DNA from: an uncultured Deinococcaceae bacterium
GTDB lineage: Bacteria > Deinococcota > Deinococci > Deinococcales > Deinococcaceae
Direction of reading: 5' to 3'
Assembly: GCA_964252075.1 (NCBI GenBank)
Contig: CAXULY010000021.1
Coordinates: 56,308-88,307, forward strand
Length of the DNA stretch: 32,000 bases
A program made the position numbers and the translations under genes. Shown in pieces: positions 22,782 through 30,474 of the stretch (positions within the stretch are counted from its first letter, which is position 1; the number at the start of each line of letters is the position of its first letter). Under the pieces are notes generated by a model. That model did not search any database. It saw nothing but the letters and a program-made list of their open reading frames with translations, and was not told the origin of the DNA.

Positions 22782-24329
22782 ATGATTGACACCCCCACGA
22801 AAGCGCAGCACGAGGCCCTCATCGCCCGCGTCACGACCATTGAGCAGAACCCCGCGCCGCAGGGGCAGAGCGCGTACGAGGTCGCCGTCGCGGGCGGCTT
22901 CACCGGCACGCCCGCGCAGTGGTTGGCGAGCCTGGAAGGCGCGGACGGCCGGAGCGCCTACCAGTCCGCCGTGGCGGGCGGCTTCAGCGGCACCGAAGCG
23001 CAGTGGGTGGCGAGCCTGGAGGGGCCGGACGGCAAGAGCGCGTACCAGTCCGCCGTCGCGCTGGGCTTCAGCGGCACCGAAGCGGCGTGGGTGGCGAGCC
23101 TGAAGGGCGCGGGCTTCGTGGACCGCGGCCCATGGGCGCCCGGCACGGTGTTCGCGCTGGGCGACTACACCTCCTACCAGGGCGCGTTCTACAGCACGCT
23201 GACGCCCCACACGGCGACCGCGACGTTTGACGCCACGAAGTTCGTCAACCGCCTCCAGCCGCCCGACCCGTACATCGTGCCGGCGAGCGCGGGGCTGGAC
23301 CACAGCGGCGTCGCGAACGACCGCTTCTGCTGCCTGCTGCCGGGCAGCAAGGTCCTCAAGGAGGCGCAGCCGTGGACGTACGACCTCAAGGACGCGGTGT
23401 TCTACTACAAGGACTCCCTGGGGAACCTGTGGCGCCGCGGCGCGCCGAGCATCACGGTGCCGGGCGCGACGTTCACGCCGGGCGCGCGCGGCGTGCTGAT
23501 TGACAAGACCAGCCTCACCGCACCGAATTACGCCGCGTACCTGGCGAGCGCCATCCCGGCGAACCTGCAACTCGCGGTGATGCGCCCCTACAAGGAGCTG
23601 TTCATCGCGACGAGCGCCACGACGTTCGAGTTCAGCGACGCCTCCACGCAGATTGTGGATGGGTCCAGCGTGGCGGCCATCACGGACAACCTGAGCAGCT
23701 ACGCGGTCGCGCAGACGGGCGTGCTCACCGCGACCTTCGATGTGCCGTACCGCGCGCTGGTGGACCCGCTGCTCGTCGGCAGCGACACCAATTACCCCGG
23801 CGGCGTGTTCGGGAAGATGAAGTGCGGCACCAGCGGCAGCGAGCGCTACGCCGTGACGCGCACGAACACCGCGGGCACGTTGGACGGCGAGGTGCTGGAA
23901 ATCATCGAGAACGACACGGGCACCATCGGGTACCTCGGGTGGATGGCCCGCGTGAGCGGCGCGCAGGGCTCGGAAACCAACATCCGCATGCAGCTGGACA
24001 CGTCCGGCCTCACGTTCGTCACCACCCTGAATGGCTCCGCGAACACCGTGAAGAACGCGACGGGCGGGAACCTCACGAACACCAGCGTGAAGCTCGTGCA
24101 GGGCACGCTCTACTGGGGGCGCTTCCGCTTCGAGGGCACCAAGCTGCGCGGCAAGGTGTGGGTGGTGGGCACGCCTGAGCCGGACGCGTGGATGCTGGAA
24201 GGCCTGCAGAACAGCGTCATGACGGCCGGCAAGGTCGGCGTGGGCGCGAACGCCGGGTACATCAAGTTCGGCATGTTCTCGTTCGTCGCGAACGCCGACC
24301 CGGCACCGACGCCGGCGGTGGGCGCATGA
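22782..24329 (+). CDS. Tail fibre / receptor-binding protein (515 aa) with a triple 28-aa repeat and a C-terminal jelly-roll-like domain
   Basis: There are three copies of G-x-SAY-x-x-AV-x-x-GF-x-GT-x-x-x-W-x-ASL-x-G, a motif widespread in phage fibres. GDYTSYQGAFY resembles a carbohydrate-binding motif. Confidence 0.8.
   Translation: MIDTPTKAQHEALIARVTTIEQNPAPQGQSAYEVAVAGGFTGTPAQWLASLEGADGRSAYQSAVAGGFSGTEAQWVASLEGPDGKSAYQSAVALGFSGTEAAWVASLKGAGFVDRGPWAPGTVFALGDYTSYQGAFYSTLTPHTATATFDATKFVNRLQPPDPYIVPASAGLDHSGVANDRFCCLLPGSKVLKEAQPWTYDLKDAVFYYKDSLGNLWRRGAPSITVPGATFTPGARGVLIDKTSLTAPNYAAYLASAIPANLQLAVMRPYKELFIATSATTFEFSDASTQIVDGSSVAAITDNLSSYAVAQTGVLTATFDVPYRALVDPLLVGSDTNYPGGVFGKMKCGTSGSERYAVTRTNTAGTLDGEVLEIIENDTGTIGYLGWMARVSGAQGSETNIRMQLDTSGLTFVTTLNGSANTVKNATGGNLTNTSVKLVQGTLYWGRFRFEGTKLRGKVWVVGTPEPDAWMLEGLQNSVMTAGKVGVGANAGYIKFGMFSFVANADPAPTPAVGA
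22863..23114 (+). repeat. 3 x 84-nt in-frame tandem repeat encoding the fibre motif
   Basis: Amino acids 28-55, 56-83 and 84-111 of the fibre align with each other, and the DNA copies are visibly similar. Confidence 0.85.
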
Positions 24330-25951
24330 GCAAGCCCAGCCTGTTCCTGCAACTGAACACCGCGGGCGCGTGGCCCGCGACGTTCTGGAAGGCGAACCCC
24401 GCGCAGGCGGTGAAGCGCGCGGGGCGGCGGTCGTACGTGAAGACCGCCGTGGACGACCCGCTCGCGCTGGTGTGGGACCCGACGCTCATGCGGGTGGTGG
24501 AGCTGCGCTCGTTCAGCAACATCATCATTGCGCCGCTGCCCGACGACCCCGGCGAGAACGCCAAGTGGGAGGACTGGGACGTGCTGCGCAAGGAACTCCT
24601 CGCGCACCAGAACGATACGGAGTGGGTGGTGAACGGCGGCACCAGGGGCCGGAATTTCAAGGTGAGCGACGCGAACCGCGCGGCGGGCAAGAACGGCCTC
24701 TACATGCCGTACGACAGCGATTGCGTGTTCACGCTCCTGAACATCCGCGGCGTGGGGGCGCCGCAGGGCACGGACGGCACGGGCGCCACGTACCTGATCG
24801 GCGGGTACCGCTTCAAGCTCATCCTGGTGAACGCCCGCCTGGAAGTCGAGATGGCGTTCCTCGCGGACAAGAGCGCGGGGCGGCACATCAGCGCGGACGA
24901 GTGCAAGCGCTTCGAGGCGCACAACTGCACGTTCATCGGCGGGCGCGGCATCTACATCCGCGGGCACGACGGGCAGTGGAACGGGAACACCGCTGCGGGC
25001 GACCGCATCGTGGTGGAGCAGTGCGATTTCATCAACCTGAACGGGTGCCGCAGCGACGGCGCGGGCAGTTACAAGAAGACCAACTGGGGCTACACGCACA
25101 TCAAGAACACCACCCGCATCAACGGCGGCGGTGAGATTGGCTGGGAAGTCGCGAACGCCGTGCAGATCAACGAGTGCTGCAACATCGGCTCGCTGTCCGT
25201 CGCGCGCAACCGCATCATCGGGGAACTCGGCAAGATGCGCATTGAGGATGCGTTCTCGTGCGTGAACGGGTCCGGCTGCAAGGACGAGTCGAGCCGCGGG
25301 TACTGGGAGGATAACGTCATCTGGAATCCGGGCGGGTGGGACTGGACGTACCAGCCGGGCGTGTCCCTCAGCTACAACGGCAGCAACCAGATCACGGCGG
25401 GCGCCACGAGCTTCCAGGACGTGACGAAGACCAGCTACAGCGGCACGTGCGGCCTGTGGGGCGACAACGCCCTCACGGACGTGTGGGCGAACAACACCGG
25501 GTACATGACCATCCGGCGCAACGTGTGCTTCGGCTTCCGCGCCATCTTCTCGCAGCAGGCCGGGCACTACCTGATCTTCGACTCGAACGTGATGTACCTG
25601 TGCGACCGCGACCTGTTCACCGGCGTCCTGCTGCCGGGCGCGCAGGCCACCTTGCAGGTGTCCGACTACCGCAAGGCCACCGCGAGCGACACGAATACGC
25701 CCATCTGGATGAACAACACGTACAGCAACAACATCATCTACAACCTCGCGGCGGGCTCAAACCCCAGCACGCAGAGCACGGACCTGCTGGACCCCAAGGA
25801 AGGCGGCAGCAACCGCAACGGCAGCCAGCCCATCAACAACCTCCGCATGATTCGCCCGGCGGACGGCGGCCTCGCCGCGTACAACGCCGCCATGGCGAAC
25901 GCGCAGGGCGCCGGGTACAGCTACGGCACGTCCCTCCCCATCGCGGTCTAA
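24326..25951 (+). CDS. Right-handed beta-helix (pectate-lyase-fold-like) tailspike / depolymerase candidate (541 aa)
   Basis: There are periodic PbH1-like segments (NCTFIGGRGIYIRG, IVVEQCDFINLNG, NAVQINECCNIGS, WEDNVIWNPGG, MTIRRNVCFGF, LIFDSNVMYLCD, YSNNIIYNL). It is the last gene of the late operon. GC in the two lines I counted was 50-60%. Confidence 0.7.
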   Translation: MSKPSLFLQLNTAGAWPATFWKANPAQAVKRAGRRSYVKTAVDDPLALVWDPTLMRVVELRSFSNIIIAPLPDDPGENAKWEDWDVLRKELLAHQNDTEWVVNGGTRGRNFKVSDANRAAGKNGLYMPYDSDCVFTLLNIRGVGAPQGTDGTGATYLIGGYRFKLILVNARLEVEMAFLADKSAGRHISADECKRFEAHNCTFIGGRGIYIRGHDGQWNGNTAAGDRIVVEQCDFINLNGCRSDGAGSYKKTNWGYTHIKNTTRINGGGEIGWEVANAVQINECCNIGSLSVARNRIIGELGKMRIEDAFSCVNGSGCKDESSRGYWEDNVIWNPGGWDWTYQPGVSLSYNGSNQITAGATSFQDVTKTSYSGTCGLWGDNALTDVWANNTGYMTIRRNVCFGFRAIFSQQAGHYLIFDSNVMYLCDRDLFTGVLLPGAQATLQVSDYRKATASDTNTPIWMNNTYSNNIIYNLAAGSNPSTQSTDLLDPKEGGSNRNGSQPINNLRMIRPADGGLAAYNAAMANAQGAGYSYGTSLPIAV

Positions 25952-25966
25952 CGCCTGCCCCGCCCC

Positions 25967-25994
25967 CGCCCCGGCCCGCGCGCCGGGGCGTTTT
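25967..25994 (+). terminator. Rho-independent terminator (CGCCCCGGC-ccgcgc-GCCGGGGCG followed by TTTT) ending the late operon
   Basis: A 9-bp perfect stem with a 6-nt loop and a T4 run, 16 nt after the stop codon. Confidence 0.8.
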
Positions 25995-26013
25995 GGTGTG
26001 GCACCACGTTGCC

Positions 26014-26046
26014 TTGTCACTTAAACTTTACAAAATTCGCTATAAT
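26014..26046 (+). promoter_or_regulatory. Promoter with a consensus -10 TATAAT (26041-26046) 6 nt upstream of ATG 26053, a leaderless-mRNA layout
   Basis: The TATAAT is perfect and sits in an AT-rich stretch. There is no Shine-Dalgarno sequence between it and the ATG. The possible -35, TTGTCA (26014-26019), has non-optimal 21-nt spacing. Confidence 0.6.
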
Positions 26047-26052
26047 GTCAGC

Positions 26053-27591
26053 ATGCCAGCAAACAAGACAGCAGACATGGACCACCTGCCCACCACCGAC
26101 CTGCAAGGCCTCAAGCTCGGCATGCTGACCGCGCACCTCCTCGCGCGCGGCTACACGCTTGCGGACCCCAGCCCGTTCAAGGGAGACATGGCCGAGCGCG
26201 CCGCCGCGACCGAAGGCCGCCTCATCGCGGTGCTGCTGCACGGCCCGCGCGAAGTGGCGGTCGCCGGGCTGACCCTGATGGGCGAGGACAGCGTGGGCGT
26301 GGAGGCCACCGCGTACGGCTTCCAGCTCATGCAGCGGGATCTGCCCGACCTCATCAAGAGCACCGCGTGGCCCACGGGCATCAACCTTGAGGCCTTCAAC
26401 GACGCGGACGCCCGGGCGCTGGACAAGCTCATCGCCGCCCTGCTGCGTTACGCCGACCCGGAGTCCTGGGAGGCCGTCAGGACCGCCACGGCGGACCGCT
26501 GGGTGGGCAAGCCGTATCACGAGGACGGCCACACGCTCGCCGACACCGCGTTGGGCATCCTCAAGGACGGCGCGGACCTCTCCCCCACCTTCCTGCACCT
26601 CGTGCACACTGCGCTGGGCCTCACGGACGCGCCGCTGCTGCCCCTGCCCAAGCCCAGCCCCAAGGAGGCCTTCGAGAAGCTGCGCGAGGCCACAGGCGCC
26701 GCCCTGAACGGCGTGCGCCCCGAAGACCTGCGCGACGACGCGCCCCTCACGCACGAGTTCAAAGAGAGCGACCTCGCGCGCGCCGCCCAAGCGGCCCACG
26801 AGGTGAACCGCGTGTGGAGCCTCACGCACGGCGACTTCTCGCACCGCACCTGGCTGGACGCGCCCAGCTGGCAGCGCGAGAGCGCCGTTAATGGCGTGCG
26901 CCACGTCCTCACGGCACTCCAGCAGGGCCGCACGCCCCGCCCCGAAGAGAGCCACGAGAGCTGGTACGCCGAGAAGGAAGCCGCGGGTTGGGTGTACGGC
27001 GAAGTCAAGGACCCCGACGCCAAGACGCACCCCTGCATGGTCCCCTACGACCAGCTGTCCTACGTGCAGCGCGCCAAGGACGCGCTGTTCAACAGCACCG
27101 TCACGGCGTTCCTGCGCGCCCTCGCGGGCGAAACGGTGCAGCCACGCAGCACCGTTCAGGGCGCCATCGAGTCCGCCATCCACCACATGAGCGCCGCTGG
27201 CGACGCGCTGAAGATCATCGCCCCGGGCGCGCCCACCGAGCACGCCCGCACCACGGCACCCCTGCTCGTGCTGGCAGAGGTGGCCGCGGAGCGCGAGCGG
27301 CAGGTCACGCAGGAGGGCTGGACGCCCGAGCACGACGACGCACACGCGCAAGGCGAGATGGCCGCCGCGGCAGCCGCCTACGCGCTCGCCGCTGTCTCAG
27401 GTTACGGAGCGCACACCTTGGCGGAAGAGGACAACATCGCCATGAGCCTGGACGAGCTCAGCAGGCACGCATGGCCCGAGGGTTGGAGCGGCAGTTGGTT
27501 CAAGCCCACCACCCACCGCCGCAACCTCATCAAGGCCCTCGCGCTGCTCACCGCGGAAGTGGAGCGCCTGGACCGCGCGGAGCAGGCGTGA
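26053..27591 (+). CDS. RyR-domain protein (512 aa): unknown N-terminal region, RyR-like domain, C-terminal EGWTPEHDDxH module
   Basis: ..AAHEVNRVWSLTHGDFSHRTWLDAPSWQRESAVNGV...ESHESWYAEKEAAGWVYGEVKDPDAKTHPCMVPYDQLSYVQRAKD.. (about 26770-27130) matches the bacterial/phage RyR repeat pattern (HExW..GW.YG..d...K.HP.lvpYdeL). ERERQVTQEGWTPEHDDAHAQGEMAAAAAAYA (about 27289-27385) is a motif I recall from phage proteins of unknown or NTP-pyrophosphohydrolase-like function, with low certainty. Confidence 0.7.
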   Translation: MPANKTADMDHLPTTDLQGLKLGMLTAHLLARGYTLADPSPFKGDMAERAAATEGRLIAVLLHGPREVAVAGLTLMGEDSVGVEATAYGFQLMQRDLPDLIKSTAWPTGINLEAFNDADARALDKLIAALLRYADPESWEAVRTATADRWVGKPYHEDGHTLADTALGILKDGADLSPTFLHLVHTALGLTDAPLLPLPKPSPKEAFEKLREATGAALNGVRPEDLRDDAPLTHEFKESDLARAAQAAHEVNRVWSLTHGDFSHRTWLDAPSWQRESAVNGVRHVLTALQQGRTPRPEESHESWYAEKEAAGWVYGEVKDPDAKTHPCMVPYDQLSYVQRAKDALFNSTVTAFLRALAGETVQPRSTVQGAIESAIHHMSAAGDALKIIAPGAPTEHARTTAPLLVLAEVAAERERQVTQEGWTPEHDDAHAQGEMAAAAAAYALAAVSGYGAHTLAEEDNIAMSLDELSRHAWPEGWSGSWFKPTTHRRNLIKALALLTAEVERLDRAEQA

Positions 27592-28397
27592 ACCTTCAGG
27601 GCGAGCTATTTCACGATGGCGATGTTGCTGCATCGACGCCTCTCGCGCTGGCGCTCGCCGAGCGCGACGCGGGCGCGCTGTTCGTCGTGAATCACTCCGG
27701 CGGCAAGGATTCGCAGGCCATGCTCATCCACGTGCTGGAGGTGGTGCCCGCGGCACAGGTTCTGGTGGTGCACGCCACGCTCGGTGAGAGCGAGTGGCCC
27801 GGTGCGCTGGAGCACGCCCAGCAGCAGGCGGACGCGGCGGGCGTGCCGTTCCTCGTGGCGCAGGCGAGCAAGACCCTGCTGGGCATGGTAGAGCGGCGCC
27901 ACGCGACCCGCCCGGAGGTGCCCTCGTGGCCCAGCGCCAGCACCCGCCAGTGCACCAGCGACCTCAAACGGGGGCCCATCACGCGCGAGGTGCGGCGGTA
28001 CGCCACCGCGCGCGGCATCACCCGCATCGTGAACTGCATGGGGCTCCGCGCCACTGAGAGCAGCGGACGCGCCAAGCGCCCCGCGTGGAGTGACCACGCC
28101 GAGCACGGTGCCGCCGGGCGCAGCTGGTACGACTGGCTCCCCATCCACACCCTCAGCACCGCGGACGTGCTGACCACAGTGCACGGCGCGGGCCAGCAGC
28201 TGCACCCGGCGTACGCCATGGGCAATGAGCGCCTGAGCTGCGTGTTCTGCATCATGGCCAGCGCCTCTGACCTCCGGAACGGCGCGCTGCGCAACCCCGA
28301 GCTGTACGCCCGCTACGTCGAAATGGAGCGCCGCACCGGGTACACGCTCCATATGAGTCGCAAAAGCCTGCCCGAACTGACCGGGGTGCCCGCGTGA
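27588..28397 (+). CDS. PP-loop ATP pyrophosphatase, PAPS reductase / DndC-like family (269 aa)
   Basis: SGGKDS PP-loop at 27696-27713, the family-typical ..RQCTSDLKRGPI.. and a C-terminal LSCVFCI. The GTG start overlaps the upstream stop. Confidence 0.8.
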   Translation: MNLQGELFHDGDVAASTPLALALAERDAGALFVVNHSGGKDSQAMLIHVLEVVPAAQVLVVHATLGESEWPGALEHAQQQADAAGVPFLVAQASKTLLGMVERRHATRPEVPSWPSASTRQCTSDLKRGPITREVRRYATARGITRIVNCMGLRATESSGRAKRPAWSDHAEHGAAGRSWYDWLPIHTLSTADVLTTVHGAGQQLHPAYAMGNERLSCVFCIMASASDLRNGALRNPELYARYVEMERRTGYTLHMSRKSLPELTGVPA

Positions 28398-28431
28398 CCA
28401 GCAGTCCACACAACCAAGGAAAGAGGCACCG

Positions 28432-28677
28432 ATGACCGTCACGAAACTCTCCTACGCCGACCCCTTCGGGGACCTCCGCAGCAGCGGCGAGCACATCAGC
28501 AGCAGCGTGCGCGCCGCCCGCGAAGCCGCCGAGCGCGAGCTCACGCAGCACCGCATGGTGTTCGAGCAGTCCAGCACCACGCCCGCCCTGCAGGCGGTGG
28601 GTGAGCGCAAGCTCTCCAGCAGCGCGAAGCGCCGCCGCCGCCGCGAGCGCAGCAAGCAGCGGGCGGGCGCGCAGTGA
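28432..28677 (+). CDS. Small hypothetical protein (81 aa, Arg/Lys-rich tail)
   Basis: AAGGAAAGAGG lies upstream of ATG 28432. It is a tracked ORF. Confidence 0.6.
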   Translation: MTVTKLSYADPFGDLRSSGEHISSSVRAAREAAERELTQHRMVFEQSSTTPALQAVGERKLSSSAKRRRRRERSKQRAGAQ

Positions 28678-28925
28678 CGACCATGAGCATCTTGGAGCGC
28701 CTGCAGGGCGCAAGCCACGAGGCGACCCTCGCGGTCTTCGACGTGATGCGCGAGCACGCCGCGCGCCACCCGGAGAAGTCGGTGGGGCAAGTGCTGATGG
28801 ATTTGGAGGTGCTGACCGCGTACCGGTCCGACGATCAGCTTGACCCCATGTGGCACATTCGGGACCCGCGCGCCGAGAACTCACTTCAGGTGCTCCAGCG
28901 CCTCATGCAGAAGGGGCACTTTTGA
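28674..28925 (+). CDS. Small hypothetical protein (83 aa)
   Basis: GTGA overlap with the upstream gene, and third-position GC stays high through to the stop. Confidence 0.6.
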   Translation: MTTMSILERLQGASHEATLAVFDVMREHAARHPEKSVGQVLMDLEVLTAYRSDDQLDPMWHIRDPRAENSLQVLQRLMQKGHF

Positions 28926-29341
28926 CCGCCGCGGATTCGCAGCGCGTGCCGCCCGAGTACACGCCCGAGCTCACGCTCGTGGAGTGCCTTGATCGTTTGG
29001 CCGAGCGCTTCCCTCAGCACGTCATCCGGCAGCACCCGTCGAACGTCTACTACCGCTTCGTGTTCCCCACCTGGGAGCGGTCGGAGGTTTACCCTTCGTT
29101 TGCGCCGGACGGCATCCTGTACGGCCTCACGCTGCTGGCTGAGCAGCTGGGCTTCACGGCGGAGGTGTGCCTGACGCGTCCGGGCATCCCGGAGCGCGCG
29201 CGGAACGGCAAGTGCAACGCCGTCGTGTATGACCCGCGGTTTCACAGCGGGTACGGTCCCACGCCCGAGCACGCGCTCGCGCTCGCGCTGGAGCAAGCCA
29301 CGCGCCCACGCGCGCCGCAGGAGGACCACGATGCGGAGTGA
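28922..29341 (+). CDS. Hypothetical protein (about 139 aa; start uncertain, TTG 28922 or GTG 28946)
   Basis: The tracked ATG at 28850 was rejected because third-position GC is low across 28850-28921 in this frame, while the overlapping upstream gene has high GC3 there. Confidence 0.5.
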   Translation: MTAADSQRVPPEYTPELTLVECLDRLAERFPQHVIRQHPSNVYYRFVFPTWERSEVYPSFAPDGILYGLTLLAEQLGFTAEVCLTRPGIPERARNGKCNAVVYDPRFHSGYGPTPEHALALALEQATRPRAPQEDHDAE

Positions 29342-29942
29342 CGCGCCCATGAAGCGGTGCTCCAGGTGTGGCGGGCTGTTCCCGCGAGACACCGAGCACT
29401 TCTCGCGCGACGCCTCACGCGCAGACGGCCTGCTGGTCTACTGCCGGAGCTGCACCAGCTGGAAGACCCAGAGCCCCGAGGAGCAGCAGCGGCTGCGTGA
29501 GCGGCGCCGCGCGCGGTACTGGCGCCAGCCGGAAGTGGAGCGCGCCCGCCAGAAACTCGTCCGTCAGAAGCACGGCGCCACCATGAACGCGGCGCGCCGC
29601 TCCCGAAGTGAGGCGCGTGCGGCGGAGGGGTTCACGCCGGACGGCACGCCGAAGCGCTGCTCCACGTGCGCGCAGGTGTTCCCGGGGGACGCTGAGCACT
29701 TCCCGAGGGACCGCTCGCAGAAGGATGGGCTGAGGACCCGCTGCCGCACCTGCGAACGCGCGCGCGTGGCGGCCCGACCCGTCACGCCCGCACGCCTCAA
29801 GCTCAAGCGGGCCAGCAGCGCGCGCCGCAAGGAGCGGCGCCAAGCGGAGCCCGAGTTGCGCGAAGCCTACAACGCGTACCACCGCCAGTGGCAGCAGAAG
29901 CGCCGCGCCACCAGGCGCGCAGGAGAGAACAGTGACCAGTGA
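29331..29942 (+). CDS. Basic protein with two copies of a CxxC...CxxC zinc-ribbon motif (203 aa)
   Basis: AGGAGG lies 7 nt upstream of ATG 29331. KRCSRCGGLFPRDTEHFSRDASRADGLLVYCRSC and KRCSTCAQVFPGDAEHFPRDRSQKDGLRTRCRTC are internal duplicates. The linker and C-terminus are Arg-rich. Confidence 0.7.
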   Translation: MRSDAPMKRCSRCGGLFPRDTEHFSRDASRADGLLVYCRSCTSWKTQSPEEQQRLRERRRARYWRQPEVERARQKLVRQKHGATMNAARRSRSEARAAEGFTPDGTPKRCSTCAQVFPGDAEHFPRDRSQKDGLRTRCRTCERARVAARPVTPARLKLKRASSARRKERRQAEPELREAYNAYHRQWQQKRRATRRAGENSDQ

Positions 29943-30474
29943 AGCCCCCCGACCCGTCCCTGCGGACGCCCTGCCGTTCGAGTGCCCCGCGTGCGGGCAG
30001 CGCCTCGCCGCGCGCCTCAGCTGGGCCATGCAGGGCGGCCTGAACAGCGGGCACGGCACCTGCACCCGCTGCAACACCTTCCTGCACCTCGAAGTGGCGC
30101 CCGAAGGCGGGCGCATGATCGCACAGCGGTGGAGCGAGTACCACTGGCAGCAGGTCAAGGAACTGCCGGACACCCACTGGGAACGCGCCATGTGGCGCGC
30201 GGACAGGCTGAGCGACCGGGTGGACGCCGGGCAGGTCACGATCTTCCACGCGGTGCGGTACGCCCTGCATCAGGGGCAGCACCGCGAGCGGTTCCTCGCC
30301 CGCCTGACGTTCATGGAGGGCGCGGGCGCCGCGATGCGTGAGCACGCGGTCTACCAGCGTGACCAGGGGCGGCGCCAGCCCGATCACGCCGCACACTTCG
30401 AGGCGCGCGCCGCGCTGCTGGAAGGTTTGGCGTCCAGTTGCATGCCTGCAGAGGAGGCCCAGCATGGGGCGTAA
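29932..30474 (+). CDS. Hypothetical protein with an N-terminal zinc ribbon (CPACG...CTRC), 180 aa
   Basis: A tracked ORF whose GTG start overlaps the upstream gene by 11 nt. Confidence 0.6.
   Translation: MTSEAPRPVPADALPFECPACGQRLAARLSWAMQGGLNSGHGTCTRCNTFLHLEVAPEGGRMIAQRWSEYHWQQVKELPDTHWERAMWRADRLSDRVDAGQVTIFHAVRYALHQGQHRERFLARLTFMEGAGAAMREHAVYQRDQGRRQPDHAAHFEARAALLEGLASSCMPAEEAQHGA

Noticed and set aside
22863-23114. Tandem 84-nt repeats that could superficially suggest a CRISPR-like or satellite array.
   Set aside because: The repeats are contiguous without spacers, are in frame, and encode the well-known fibre motif GxSAYxxAVxxGFxGTxxxWxxSLxG. They are a protein repeat.
18650-25951. The possibility of a diversity-generating retroelement acting on the fibre genes.
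   Set aside because: I saw no reverse transcriptase ORF and no template/variable repeat pair of about 100-150 nt anywhere in the window. A proper self-alignment would be needed to exclude it fully.
28850-28921. ATG 28850 as the start of the 28850-29341 ORF.
   Set aside because: Third-position GC is low in this frame across the 72-nt overlap, whereas the overlapping upstream gene keeps high GC3 to its stop. TTG 28922 or GTG 28946 fits better.
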